From Candidatus Sericytochromatia bacterium (GTDB lineage: Bacteria; Cyanobacteriota; Sericytochromatia; S15B-MN24; UBA4093), in contig JAKFBU010000059.1 of NCBI GenBank assembly GCA_036676985.1, positions 1 through 48,018 of the forward strand: a stretch of 48,018 nucleotides of DNA, given 5' to 3'. Positions within the stretch are counted from its first letter, which is position 1, and every line of letters begins with the position of its first letter. The notes beneath the pieces were generated by a model. It was not told the origin of the DNA. It saw only the letters and a list, made by a program, of their open reading frames with translations, and searched no databases. Shown here piece after piece: positions 29,418 to 39,289 of the stretch. The position numbers were made by a program, and so were the translations under genes.

Positions 29418-30656
29418 CTAGAAGCAGCCCGCCGGGAAGACGCTGCAGACGCGACCGATGATGAGCTTGATGACGTTGCTCTCGCTCGAGCCCACCCTGG
29501 CGCGGACGCTCGTACCCATGTAGTCCTGGTTGGACGCGAGCATGGCCGGCGTGAAGCGGGTCGCATAGCGATCGACCGTGGTGAAGGTGCCCGACCAGTC
29601 GATCTCGTTGACCCAGCTCGGCGTGATCACGGGCGGCTGGCCGTAGATGTCGTAGGCGTCCGGGGTGTTGACCGTCCAGCTCACGCTGGCCGTGAGCGTG
29701 AGCGTCGCGCCAGGGATGGGCTTTGGAACGGCCGTGCCGTTGTACCCGAGCTCGTCGGGCACCAGGCGGGTGTCCTCCGGGGTGACGGTGTCGTAGCTCT
29801 GCTTGGGGGCCGTGATGCTCACCTGGGGGATCCAGAGGGTGGAGGGCGACTCGGTGGTGATGCCGTCGACCACTACCAGGGGGTTGCCCGTGGTGGCGTT
29901 GGCCGGGACGCGCACCTTGAGCCGAGTCGCGCTCAAGCGCGTCACCTCGGTGGCCCGAAGGGGCGTGGCCGAGAAGAGCTCGGTCGAGGTCGTGTTGAAG
30001 TACACCGCGGGCGTGGGGCCCCGCTCGAGGTTTTCGCCGTCGAGGAAGATCTCGTCGCCTGCAGCGGCGTACTGGCGCCAGGGGGCAGGGGCCTCGCCTT
30101 GGTAGGGGGCGGTCATGGCCGTGACGACCGGGGGAAAGTTGGGCACCAGCGCCACCTGGACGCTGGAGAACTTGGAGCGCACGAGGGTGAAGGGCGTGCT
30201 GGCACCCTCGGCGACGGCCACGCTGGTGGCGGGGTCGGGGCTCGCCTCGTCGTAAGCCTTCACCGCGAGCGTCACGTCGGCCACGGCCTTCACGCGCAGG
30301 CTCGCGAAGGCCACGTCCGCGCCGGCCTGGCGCGTGACGACCTGGGAGGCGAGCTCCTGGCCGTCCTTGAGGAGCGCGAGGCGCATGGACTGGACCGAGA
30401 GGGGGATGACCGCCACGCCGTAGCCCTTGGGCTTGGGCCAGCGGATGGCCATGCGCACGGTGGCGTAGTCGTCCTGGCTCTCCTCGGGGAGCGAGACCTC
30501 GACGACAGGCTCCAAGGGCGAGCCCGCCATGGCCTCCTGCAAGGTGGCCGGCGTCAGGGTCGGAGCCTGGCTCAGCAGGCTCGGCGGGCTCTGCGGCACG
30601 GCCGTGCAGCCGAAGAGCGCCAAGGCGAGGGCGATGGTCCAGAGTCTCGAGCGCAT
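29418..30656 (-). CDS. Lipoprotein with IPT/TIG-like domain
   Basis: Lipobox LFGC; GDEIFLDGENL ... LKVRVPANATTG. Confidence 0.75.
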   Translation of the reverse strand: MRSRLWTIALALALFGCTAVPQSPPSLLSQAPTLTPATLQEAMAGSPLEPVVEVSLPEESQDDYATVRMAIRWPKPKGYGVAVIPLSVQSMRLALLKDGQELASQVVTRQAGADVAFASLRVKAVADVTLAVKAYDEASPDPATSVAVAEGASTPFTLVRSKFSSVQVALVPNFPPVVTAMTAPYQGEAPAPWRQYAAAGDEIFLDGENLERGPTPAVYFNTTSTELFSATPLRATEVTRLSATRLKVRVPANATTGNPLVVVDGITTESPSTLWIPQVSITAPKQSYDTVTPEDTRLVPDELGYNGTAVPKPIPGATLTLTASVSWTVNTPDAYDIYGQPPVITPSWVNEIDWSGTFTTVDRYATRFTPAMLASNQDYMGTSVRARVGSSESNVIKLIIGRVCSVFPAGCF

Positions 30657-30657
30657 C

Positions 30658-32232
30658 TTACTCCACTCCCACATCCAGGCCGCTCTCGATGGTGACGATG
30701 ACCTTGACGATCGTCTTGACGTCCGGCGCGTCCGCCGCGGCCGCCGTCACCGTGACCTCCCCTTCGGCGGCCCCGGGCACGGTCCGCACCAGGCCCGTGT
30801 CGCTCACGGTCACGCGGCTGATGTCCGAGCTGCTCCAGGTGACGGCCCGGGACGTGCCGTCCGAGGCGTTGACGGTGGCCGAGAGCTGGACCGACGTGAG
30901 GAAGGCCGGGTCCGCCTCGCCCGTCTCGGGCAGGGCGTTGAGGATCACCTCCGAGACGTTGAGGGCACCCTGCTTCGCCTGCACGCTGTAGACCTGGTAG
31001 ACGTGCAGGCTCTGGGACTTGACGAGGTTGCCGCTCGAGACGCGCAGCAGCGCGTCGCCGACGGAGGTCGCCTCCACCGTGACCTGCTGGGCGCTCTCGG
31101 CGCCCGCCGTCACGACCTCGGCGATCGCCGGGTTGGTGCTCGTCCAGCGAACGCGCGCGTTCGGGACGGTCTGGTTCTGGGCGTCCTTGGCGCTCACCGC
31201 GAAGGTGCGGGTGTCGCCGAGCCGGATCTCGCCCCCCGCGGGGCTCATCGCGAGCTCCTTGAGCAGGCGGAAGGCCTGGGAGGTGCCGCGCACGCCGTTG
31301 ACCTCCGCGTACACGTTGCCCGCCGTGGCGCTGTCCGGGATGGTCAGCTCGACGGTCTCGGGATCGAGGGTCTTCTGGTTGGGCGCCTGCACGCCGTCCA
31401 CGTAGATCTTGAGGAGCCCGCCCTCGGGGACGCCGAGGTGGGAGCCCTTGAGCACGACCTTGGTGCCGGGGCCCCCGTAGCTGGGCGTCAGGGAGGCTAT
31501 CTCGGGCAGGGCGAGCACCATCTGGAGGGTGCTGACGGTCGTGGTCTCCTGGGGCTTGACGGCGACGTCGGTGGCGATCGCCCGGCCCAGCCCCAGCTTG
31601 GTGGCCACCAGGTTGAAGCTGCCCACCGGCACGTTGCGCAGGGTGAAGTTGCCCTCCGTATCGGCCTTGACCAGGTAGGGCGCGCCCGGGATGAAGACGT
31701 CCACGCCCTCGAAGTTGGTGGCGTAGGGGTTGTCGGGTGCCGTGACCTTGCCCGCGATGGCGCCGGTCGGCTGCAGCTTGAGGTTGCCGAGGTCCACGGG
31801 CTGGTTCTTGGCGAACACGACCTGTTGCTTGAAGGCCTTGAGGCTGTCGGACTTGATGGCCTCGATATTCAGCGTCCCCTCGGGGGGCTCGGTGAAGGTG
31901 AAGACGCCCTTGGCGTCCGTGACGACCTCGGTCTGCGCCGCGGCCGTGCGGTACGGGGCCACGGTCGTCAGGGGCGCCACGGTGGTCAAGGGGGCCACCG
32001 TCGTCAGGTACGAGCGCACGGTGACGCCCGCGGCCGGCTTGCCGTCCTGGCCGAGGACGACGCCCGTGAGGGGCGCGACGGTCGTGAGCGGCGCGACCGT
32101 CGTCAACGACGACTCGCCACCCAGGTGGTCGCCCTTCACGGTCAAGAGGCTCTGGGCGTCGCAGCTCGCGGTCAGCAAGGCGCCGGTCAGCAGCAGCAGG
32201 GCAATGATGTTCGGACGGGACCGTGGCAGCAT
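30658..32232 (-). CDS. Lipoprotein with carboxypeptidase-regulatory-like, IPT/TIG and Big_2-like Ig domains
   Basis: Lipobox TASC; TDAKGVFTF, GPGTKVVLKG, VTWSSSD..VTVS..G. Confidence 0.8.
   Translation of the reverse strand: MLPRSRPNIIALLLLTGALLTASCDAQSLLTVKGDHLGGESSLTTVAPLTTVAPLTGVVLGQDGKPAAGVTVRSYLTTVAPLTTVAPLTTVAPYRTAAAQTEVVTDAKGVFTFTEPPEGTLNIEAIKSDSLKAFKQQVVFAKNQPVDLGNLKLQPTGAIAGKVTAPDNPYATNFEGVDVFIPGAPYLVKADTEGNFTLRNVPVGSFNLVATKLGLGRAIATDVAVKPQETTTVSTLQMVLALPEIASLTPSYGGPGTKVVLKGSHLGVPEGGLLKIYVDGVQAPNQKTLDPETVELTIPDSATAGNVYAEVNGVRGTSQAFRLLKELAMSPAGGEIRLGDTRTFAVSAKDAQNQTVPNARVRWTSTNPAIAEVVTAGAESAQQVTVEATSVGDALLRVSSGNLVKSQSLHVYQVYSVQAKQGALNVSEVILNALPETGEADPAFLTSVQLSATVNASDGTSRAVTWSSSDISRVTVSDTGLVRTVPGAAEGEVTVTAAAADAPDVKTIVKVIVTIESGLDVGVE
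31954..32106 (-). repeat. Five LTTVAP hexapeptide repeats in two blocks (32071-32106 x2; 31954-32007 x3)
   Basis: Identical peptide encoded by different synonymous codons. Confidence 0.92.
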
Positions 32233-32534
32233 GGATACCCCCCTATCCCTTGCTTAGTACCCGGGAAGGTACCCGATCCCACGTCTCCCCGGAGACGCCC
32301 CAGGCGCCCCGACTTCAGGGCGGGGCCGGAAGAGGTCGGGCCATGGGAGCCGATTCCAGGGGGTATTGTCAGCCAAGCGCGGCTTCTGTAGGATACCTCG
32401 AGGCGTGAGCACATCGTGAGGTTCTCACCGACGCTCGTTTCCAGGTCGCCTGCTTCTTTTAGCAAGCAGGCATATAGGTTATCGCCCGAGTCGTCTATAG
32501 TGGTCCGTCAGGCGATCGGAAGCTGGAGGAACGC

Positions 32535-32762
32535 GTGATCATCCCGTTGCTGAATCTCGAGAAGCCCGATTACCAGGCCCTCCTGGCGAAGGCATGGCAG
32601 GGGGCGGGCCACACCGCCGGGGCCGACTACGAGTCCTTCGCGCTGGGCTTCAAGGTCGCGATCGCCTCGCTCCTGGGCTCCCTAGCGAGCCCCGACGCCT
32701 TCGCGCCGGAGGCGCTCACCCTGGAAGTTCGCGCAGACGGCCCCGCGGACGCGCTCGACTAG
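32535..32762 (+). CDS. Small hypothetical protein (75 aa)
   Basis: GGAGGA RBS, GTG start, GC3-rich codons; 81-bp tail-to-tail overlap with plsC. Confidence 0.6.
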   Translation: MIIPLLNLEKPDYQALLAKAWQGAGHTAGADYESFALGFKVAIASLLGSLASPDAFAPEALTLEVRADGPADALD

Positions 32763-33416
32763 CGCGTCGAGGTTCTCCTTGTCATAGCCCGCCGTGGAGA
32801 TGGCCGCGCCGAACTCCACCTGGATGGTCCCGGGGAAGACCCGCCAGCTGCCGGTCTTGAGGCGCTCGAAGGCCCCGTTGAAGGTGAAGGGCACGATATC
32901 CGCCCCCGCGCCGACGGCCAGGTGGAAGCCGCCCTTCTTGAAGGGGCCGATGCTGCCGTCCTTGGTGCGGGTGCCCTCGGGCAGGATGGCCACCGACGTC
33001 CCCTCTTTGAAGCGTTCGACGGCCAGGGCGATGGTCTCGCGGGCGGCCCCGGGGTTGGACCGATCGATGGGCAGGTTGCCCCAGGCCCGCGAGATCCAGC
33101 CGTAGACCGGGATGCGTTGGTTCTCCTTCTTCTCGATGCCGACCATGAACACCGGGACGGCCAGCACCAGGGCGAAGGGATCGAGCAGGTTCTGGTGGTT
33201 GCCCATGAAGACGTGGGGGCGGCTCCAGTCGACCTTTTCGCGCCCGCGCACCGTCACGCGAATGCCCGTGAGGAAGAGCCCCGAGGTCGCAACGCCCTTG
33301 ATGGCGTAGAACCCGAGTTTCGGGGCGATGAGGGTGGCCAAGAGGGCCACCGGACCGAGGATCACCAGGTGCAGGATCCAGATGATCCAGGCATAGAGCG
33401 AGTAGAGCGCGTTCAT
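32682..33416 (-). CDS. plsC: 1-acyl-sn-glycerol-3-phosphate acyltransferase
   Basis: NHQNLLD, PIDR, PEGTRT, PFKKGGF. Confidence 0.9.
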   Translation of the reverse strand: MNALYSLYAWIIWILHLVILGPVALLATLIAPKLGFYAIKGVATSGLFLTGIRVTVRGREKVDWSRPHVFMGNHQNLLDPFALVLAVPVFMVGIEKKENQRIPVYGWISRAWGNLPIDRSNPGAARETIALAVERFKEGTSVAILPEGTRTKDGSIGPFKKGGFHLAVGAGADIVPFTFNGAFERLKTGSWRVFPGTIQVEFGAAISTAGYDKENLDALVERVRGAVCANFQGERLRREGVGAR

Positions 33417-33514
33417 ACCCCCTACTTATGCCTGGGGCCGTCCGAAAAATCAAGGGTCATTGCCCGTCTCCGTTCCAGGCGCCATAATGCTGGCCTGCGT
33501 AGAAGGGAGCGCCC

Positions 33515-34177
33515 ATGACCGCCAAGACCATCAACGTCACCGATCGGCTGCACGACTACATCCTGGACAACACGCTGCGCGAGCACCCGGTGCTCGAGCG
33601 CCTGCGGACCGAGACCGCCCAGCACCCCCGCGCCCGGATGCAGATAGCGCCCATGCAGGGCCAGTTCATGCAGCTGCTGATGCGGCTCATGCAGGCCAAG
33701 AAGACCCTCGAGGTCGGCGTCTTCACGGGCTACAGCTCGCTCGCCGTCGCTCTCGCCCTGCCCGCCGACGGTCGCATCGTGGCCTGCGACGTCTCCGAGG
33801 AGTTCACGGCGATCGCCCGCCGGTACTGGCAGGAGGCGGACGTGGCCGGCAAGATCGACCTGCGGCTCGCCCCGGCCCTCGAGACGCTGGACGCCCTGCT
33901 GGAGGCCGGTGAGGCCGGCACCTTCGACTTCGCCTTCATCGACGCGGACAAGGAGAACTACCGCCACTACTACGAGCGATCGCTGGAGCTGGTGCGTCCG
34001 GGCGGACTCATCGCCATCGACAACGTCCTCTGGGGCGGGTCGGTGGTCGATCCGGCGGATCAGGACGCGGACACGGTGGCCATTCGCGAGCTGAACGCCT
34101 TCCTCCACCACGACGAGCGGGTCGACCTCAGCATGCTGCCGCTCGCGGACGGCCTGACGCTCGCCCGGAAGCGCTAG
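33515..34177 (+). CDS. Cation-dependent O-methyltransferase (caffeoyl-CoA OMT-like)
   Basis: LEVGVFTGYS, FIDADK, IDNVLWGG. Confidence 0.94.
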   Translation: MTAKTINVTDRLHDYILDNTLREHPVLERLRTETAQHPRARMQIAPMQGQFMQLLMRLMQAKKTLEVGVFTGYSSLAVALALPADGRIVACDVSEEFTAIARRYWQEADVAGKIDLRLAPALETLDALLEAGEAGTFDFAFIDADKENYRHYYERSLELVRPGGLIAIDNVLWGGSVVDPADQDADTVAIRELNAFLHHDERVDLSMLPLADGLTLARKR

Positions 34178-34746
34178 ACCGGCGGACGCCTGGTCAGGTT
34201 GGTCTTGCTCGTCAGGATGTGATCCCGCCAGGCCCCGTTGATGTACAGGTAGTCGCGGGCGTAGCCCTCGATGACGAAGCCGAGCCGCTTCAAGAGGGCG
34301 CCGCTGCGCTCGTTGGTGGGCATGTAGTTGGCCTGGACGCGGTGCATGCCGAGGGCGGCGAACACGTAGTCGAGGGCCACGGGCACGATCTCCGTCAGGT
34401 AGCCGTGGCCCACGGCCTCGCTTGCCAGCGCGTAGCCCAGGTTGCAGGACTGGGAGACACCTCGCACGAAGGTCGAGAAGTTGACGACCCCGATGATCCG
34501 CTCCGAGGCTTCCTTCCGGAAGACGAAGAGCCTCAGGGACTGGTCCGCCTGGTACTCGTGGTGGTTGCGGACGGTCTGCTCGCGCCAGAAGGCCTCGGTG
34601 TAGAAGTCGGACGGCCGCGCGGGGTCGTAGGGAGCCAGGTGCTCCCGGTTGTCCCGGTAGAAGCGCAGGATCTCGGGCGCAGCGGCCGGAGTGCCCATGC
34701 GCAGCAAGAGGCGATCGCTTTCGAGGTGGACGTCCGGGCGCTGCAT
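34174..34746 (-). CDS. rimJ: RimJ-like N-acetyltransferase
   Basis: MHRVQANYMPTNERSGALLKRLGF..EGYARDYLYINGAWRDH. Confidence 0.85.
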   Translation of the reverse strand: MQRPDVHLESDRLLLRMGTPAAAPEILRFYRDNREHLAPYDPARPSDFYTEAFWREQTVRNHHEYQADQSLRLFVFRKEASERIIGVVNFSTFVRGVSQSCNLGYALASEAVGHGYLTEIVPVALDYVFAALGMHRVQANYMPTNERSGALLKRLGFVIEGYARDYLYINGAWRDHILTSKTNLTRRPPV

Positions 34747-34756
34747 GCCGACCAGT

Positions 34757-36253
34757 CTAGCGCAAGTCGCGGTCGAAGAGCTCGGTCATGCGCCGGAAGC
34801 GTTGCACGACGGCGTCCGTGAGCTCGCCCGGACGCATCCGCCACTGCCAGTTGCCGCCCAGCTTGCCCGGCATGTTCATGCGCGCCTCGGTGCCCAGCCC
34901 CAGGAGGTCCTGCATGGGCACGATGGCCGTGTCCGCCACCGAGGCATGGCCGAGCCGGATGAGCTCCCAGTGGGGCTCCTCGAGGCTCGACTTGCCGACG
35001 TACTCGGCCAATAGGGCGCGATCGCTCTCCTTGGCGCTCCGGAACCAGCCCACGCTCGTGTCGTTGTCGTGGGTGCCCGTGTAGACCACGGAGTTGGGCC
35101 CGAACAGGTGCGGGAAGTATTTGTTCTCCTCGGAGGTGTCGAAGGCGAACTGCAGGATCTTCATGCCGGGCAGCCCGAAGGCCTCGCGCAGCTCGACCAC
35201 GTCCGGCGTGATGACGCCCAGGTCCTCGGCGATGAGCGGCAGGTCTCCCAGCTGCTGCTGGAGGGCCGCAAAGAACGACTTGCCGGGACCGGGCACCCAG
35301 CGCCCGTTGATCGCGGTGGGCTCGCCGGCGGGGATCTCCCAGAAGGCCGCGAAGCCCCGGAAGTGATCGAGGCGCACCCGGTCGACGAGCGTGAGCAGGG
35401 TCTTCAGGCGATCCGCCCACCAGCCGTAGCCGAGCTCGGCCATGCGATCCCAGTCGTAGAGGGGGTTGCCCCAGAGCTGGCCGGTCTCGCTGAAGTAGTC
35501 GGGCGGCACGCCCGCCACCACCAGCGGGTGGCCCAGCGCGTCCAGGCGCCACAGCTCGGGGTGGGCCCACACGTCCGCGCTGTCGTGGGCCACGAAGATG
35601 GGCGCATCCCCCACGATCACGAGCCCGTTCCGGTTCGCGTGGTTCTTGAGGTCCCGCCACTGGCGGAAGAACAGGAACTGGGCGAGCTCGTGACGGCGAA
35701 TCTGCCGGTAGAGGCGGGCCTTGGCCTCGGCGAGGGCGGCGGGGTCCCGCCCAGCGAGCGGCTCTGGCCACTCGATCCACGGGCGGCCGCCCTGCTCGTC
35801 CTTGAGGGCCATGAACAGGGCGTAGTCCGCGAGCCAGGCCCCCTGATCGCGGGTGAAGTCGGCGAGGGCCTCCAGGTGCTGGGGCGTGGCCCGAGTCTCG
35901 AAGCGCTCGGCGACCGTGTCGAGCATGGCCTGCTTGAAGGCGACCGCCGCGGCGTAGTCGACCCGCTCCGGGTCCGCTGCGGGCGGTGTTCCCAGGTCGC
36001 CGGCCGCGAGCCAGCCCTCCTCTATCAGGCGCTCGGGCGAGATGAGCAGCGGGTTGACCGCGAACGCCGAGGGCGAGAAGTAGGGGGAGTCCCCGTAGCT
36101 CGTCGGCGTCAGCGGCAGGACCTGCCAGATCGACTGCTTCATGGCCCTGAGCCGGTCGACGAAGGCGTAGGCCTCGGGCCCCAGGTCGCCGATCCCGAAG
36201 GGGCCCGGCAGGGAGGTCGGGTGCAGCAGGATGCCGCTCACACGGGTGCTCAC
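34757..36253 (-). CDS. malQ: 4-alpha-glucanotransferase (GH77)
   Basis: GILLHPTSLP, GQLWGNP, RLDHFRGF, AEDLG, YTGTHDN. Confidence 0.96.
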   Translation of the reverse strand: MSTRVSGILLHPTSLPGPFGIGDLGPEAYAFVDRLRAMKQSIWQVLPLTPTSYGDSPYFSPSAFAVNPLLISPERLIEEGWLAAGDLGTPPAADPERVDYAAAVAFKQAMLDTVAERFETRATPQHLEALADFTRDQGAWLADYALFMALKDEQGGRPWIEWPEPLAGRDPAALAEAKARLYRQIRRHELAQFLFFRQWRDLKNHANRNGLVIVGDAPIFVAHDSADVWAHPELWRLDALGHPLVVAGVPPDYFSETGQLWGNPLYDWDRMAELGYGWWADRLKTLLTLVDRVRLDHFRGFAAFWEIPAGEPTAINGRWVPGPGKSFFAALQQQLGDLPLIAEDLGVITPDVVELREAFGLPGMKILQFAFDTSEENKYFPHLFGPNSVVYTGTHDNDTSVGWFRSAKESDRALLAEYVGKSSLEEPHWELIRLGHASVADTAIVPMQDLLGLGTEARMNMPGKLGGNWQWRMRPGELTDAVVQRFRRMTELFDRDLR

Positions 36254-36262
36254 GCGGACCTC

Positions 36263-37900
36263 CTATTGGACCAGGTGGAACCAGTAGAAGCCGTAGGGCC
36301 CCAGGGACAGCTGGTAGAGGTCGTCGGTGATCTGCGGGAAGGGCGTGTTGCCCGTGATCTCGACCGGGGTCCGGCCGCTCCATTGCTTGAGGTCCAGCTC
36401 GACGGGCTGCGGAGCGCGGGAGAGGTTCGCGACCACGAGCACCGTCTCGTCCTCGTAGCGCCGCACGTAGGCGAAGATCCGGATGTTGTCCGGGTGCAGG
36501 AAGCAGATGTCCCCCCGACCGAAGGCCTTGAAGCGCTCCCGGTGGTCGAGCAGGTTCACGAGCCACCAGTAGAAGGAGGCCTGGTTCTCGCGCGACGCCT
36601 GGACGTTGACGGCCTGGTAGTGGTAGAGCCCGGGGTCGTCGATGACGGGCATGTAGAGCTGGCTCGGCTTGGCCGCCGAGAAGCCCGCGTTGCGGTTGTC
36701 GTCCCACTGCATGGGCGTGCGGACGCCGAACCGGTCGGGCAGGTAGATGTTGTCGCCCATGCCGATCTCGTCCCCGTAGTAGAGGACCGGGGACCCCGGC
36801 AGGGACATCAGGAGGCCGTGCAGGAGCTCGGCCTGGCGGCGATCGTTCTGGACCAGGGGGAAGAGCCGCCGCCGGATGCCGACGTTGAGGCGCATGCGCG
36901 GGTCGGGCGCGTACTCGCGCCACATGAACTCGCGCTCCTCCTCGGTGACCATCTCGAGCGTCAGCTCGTCGTGGTTGCGCAGGAAGGTCGCCCACTGGCA
37001 GTTTGCGGGGATGTCCGGCGTCTGGTTGATGATCCACTCCAACGAGCCGCGGTCCTCCTGCCGGATGGCCATGAAGAGCCGCGGCATGATGGGGAAGTGG
37101 AAGCTCATGTGGAACTGGTCGCCCGTGCCGAAGTAGGGCAGGACGTCCGCCGGCCACTGGTTGGCCTCGCCGAGCAGGATGGCGTCCGGGTAGTTGCGGT
37201 CCATGTAGGCCCGCAGCTCCTTGAGGTACACGTGGGTCTCGGGCAGGTTCTCGCAGTTGGTCCCCTCGCGCTCGAAGAGGTAGGGCACCGCATCCACCCG
37301 GAAGCCGTCCAGTCCCAGGTCCATCCAGAACTTGAAGATCTGGAGCATCTCCTCGCGGACCTTGGGGTTGTCGTAGTTGAGGTCCGGCTGGTTGGAGTAG
37401 AAGCGGTGCCAGTAGAACCGCTTGCACTGCTCGTCCCAGGCCCAGTTGGACTTCTCGGTGTCCGTGAAGATGATGCGGGCTTCCTGGTACTTGGTGATGT
37501 CGTCGCTCCAGACGTAGTAGTCGTGGTAGGGGTTGTGGGGCCCCTTGCGCGCCTCCTGGAACCAGTAGTGCTGGTCGGAGGAGTGGTTGAGCACCAGGTC
37601 CGCGATCACTCGCAGGTCGCGCTTCTTGGCCTCGGCGAGGAAGCGCTTGAAGTCGTCGAGCGTGCCCAGCTGCGGGTGGATGTTGAGGTAGTCGGAGATG
37701 TCGTAGCCGTCATCCCGTAGGGGCGAAGGGTACATGGGCAGGAGCCAGATGCACGTGACGCCCAGCTCGGCGATGTAGTCCAGGGACTGCGTGAGCCCCT
37801 GGAAGTCCCCCATGCCGTCCCCGTTTCCGTCCCGGAAGGTGCGGGGGGAGACCTCGTAGAAGATGGCGTCCTTGTACCAAAGGCTAGGGGCCTGACTCAT
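36263..37900 (-). CDS. treS: Trehalose synthase (maltose alpha-D-glucosyltransferase)
   Basis: [39 protein letters not shown]; GGAGG RBS. Confidence 0.96.
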   Translation of the reverse strand: MSQAPSLWYKDAIFYEVSPRTFRDGNGDGMGDFQGLTQSLDYIAELGVTCIWLLPMYPSPLRDDGYDISDYLNIHPQLGTLDDFKRFLAEAKKRDLRVIADLVLNHSSDQHYWFQEARKGPHNPYHDYYVWSDDITKYQEARIIFTDTEKSNWAWDEQCKRFYWHRFYSNQPDLNYDNPKVREEMLQIFKFWMDLGLDGFRVDAVPYLFEREGTNCENLPETHVYLKELRAYMDRNYPDAILLGEANQWPADVLPYFGTGDQFHMSFHFPIMPRLFMAIRQEDRGSLEWIINQTPDIPANCQWATFLRNHDELTLEMVTEEEREFMWREYAPDPRMRLNVGIRRRLFPLVQNDRRQAELLHGLLMSLPGSPVLYYGDEIGMGDNIYLPDRFGVRTPMQWDDNRNAGFSAAKPSQLYMPVIDDPGLYHYQAVNVQASRENQASFYWWLVNLLDHRERFKAFGRGDICFLHPDNIRIFAYVRRYEDETVLVVANLSRAPQPVELDLKQWSGRTPVEITGNTPFPQITDDLYQLSLGPYGFYWFHLVQ

Positions 37901-38033
37901 GGCACCTCCGGATGAGGCGGCCGTCGCCGCCGGTTGACGGGGAGTTACGGGGTCGCCCAAAAATGATAGCACTCCCCGCTCGCGTGCGATGCAGCCGAGC
38001 GCGACGTGCCGCCGAGATGGGCTCCAGGGGCCC

Positions 38034-38747
38034 CTAGCGCAGCTCCGAGAGGTAGTCGACCGAGAGTTCGCGCTCGAGAATGGTGTTGAGGCGCGCCTCG
38101 ACCCGGTAGGCGAGCGCATCGGGACGCGAGCTGACGGCCCGGTGCAAGGCCCCGTCGACGTAATGGAGGGCCACGCCGTCCTCGACGCCCACTCCGGCGG
38201 GCACGAGGCCGCGCACCAGGTGGCGATGATAGGCGATGCGGCGCGCGGGCTCGCTGCGGTAGTGGACGCAGTTGCTGCCCGCGAGGAGCCCCAGGCCCTT
38301 GGCCGGGGCGAAGAGCCCCGGCGAGCTCTCGATGAGGCCCGATTCGAAGAAGCACATGGACCCGGCCGCCACCCCCGCGAGAATCACGCCCTTCTCGAGG
38401 GCCTGCTTGAGGAGCAGGTCGAAGCGCTGCTTGTGCCACATGTCGAGCAGGTTCATGAGGTCGCCCCCGCCCACGTACAGGATGTCCTGGGAGAGCAGGT
38501 GGTTGGCCACGTCCGGCACGTTGGGCGACTTCAGGGCGAGGTGGCTCGGCTCGCAGCGCAGCTGCAGGAAGGAGCGGTAGAAGCGATCGATGTAGTCCTG
38601 GGAGTCGAAGCTCGCGGTCGGCAAGAAACAGATCTTGGGGCGATCCTGGCCGCTCTGCGCGAGGACGTAGAGGTCCAGCCGGGGGTTGTCCGGCTCCATG
38701 GAGAAGCCTCCGCCGCCCATGGCGATGATCTGCTGTCGGGTCTGCAT
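38034..38747 (-). CDS. Peptidase E (S51)-family protein lacking the usual nucleophile Ser
   Basis: [24 protein letters not shown] (usually G-x-S-A-G), CVHY. Confidence 0.85.
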   Translation of the reverse strand: MQTRQQIIAMGGGGFSMEPDNPRLDLYVLAQSGQDRPKICFLPTASFDSQDYIDRFYRSFLQLRCEPSHLALKSPNVPDVANHLLSQDILYVGGGDLMNLLDMWHKQRFDLLLKQALEKGVILAGVAAGSMCFFESGLIESSPGLFAPAKGLGLLAGSNCVHYRSEPARRIAYHRHLVRGLVPAGVGVEDGVALHYVDGALHRAVSSRPDALAYRVEARLNTILERELSVDYLSELR

Positions 38748-38790
38748 CCGTGCCTCGCGCTTGTCGTGGGGTCCGGCACGATTCTAGCAG

Positions 38791-39117
38791 CTATTTGAGG
38801 AACACGAAGTAGACGGCGCCGACCAGGAGCAGGAAGGCGACCAGGTAGTTCCAGCGCAGCTGCTCGCCCAGGTAGAGCACCGAGAAGACGGCGAACACCA
38901 GGAGCGTGATGACCTCCTGGATGATCTTGAGCTGGGCGGCCGTGAACATGCCCGACCCGATGCGGTTGGCCGGGACCTGGAGGCAGTACTCGAAGAAGGC
39001 GATCCCCCAGCTGACGAGGATGACCGTCATGAGGGGCGCATGCTTGAACTTGAGGTGGCCGTACCAGGCGAAGGTCATGAAGACGTTGGAGAGCAACAGC
39101 AGGAGGATGGCTTGCAT
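38791..39117 (-). CDS. DMT-family (DUF486-like) small membrane protein
   Basis: SNVFMTFAWYGHLK, FFEYCLQVPANRIG, QLKIIQEVIT. Confidence 0.92.
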   Translation of the reverse strand: MQAILLLLLSNVFMTFAWYGHLKFKHAPLMTVILVSWGIAFFEYCLQVPANRIGSGMFTAAQLKIIQEVITLLVFAVFSVLYLGEQLRWNYLVAFLLLVGAVYFVFLK

Positions 39118-39289
39118 GGGCGTTCCTGAGGGGCGGGGGACCAGGTGGCTCATACCTCGCGACGCGCCGTTCCTAAGCATCGCCGGGCCGGCAACAAAGA
39201 TTAGCCGAATATTAACAGTGACTTAACGCGATTCTTCCCGGGCCGGGCGATAACTCCGACAGACCCCGCGTCCATGGAGGAGTCGCCGC

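Noticed and set aside
32240-32530. Possible riboswitch in the long leader of the Ig lipoprotein
   Set aside because: Only short GC stems; no recognisable aptamer consensus.
39180-39260. Sigma-28 promoter before candidate effectors (GGCGATAA here, GCGATAG near 45640)
   Set aside because: No -35 element at the expected spacing.
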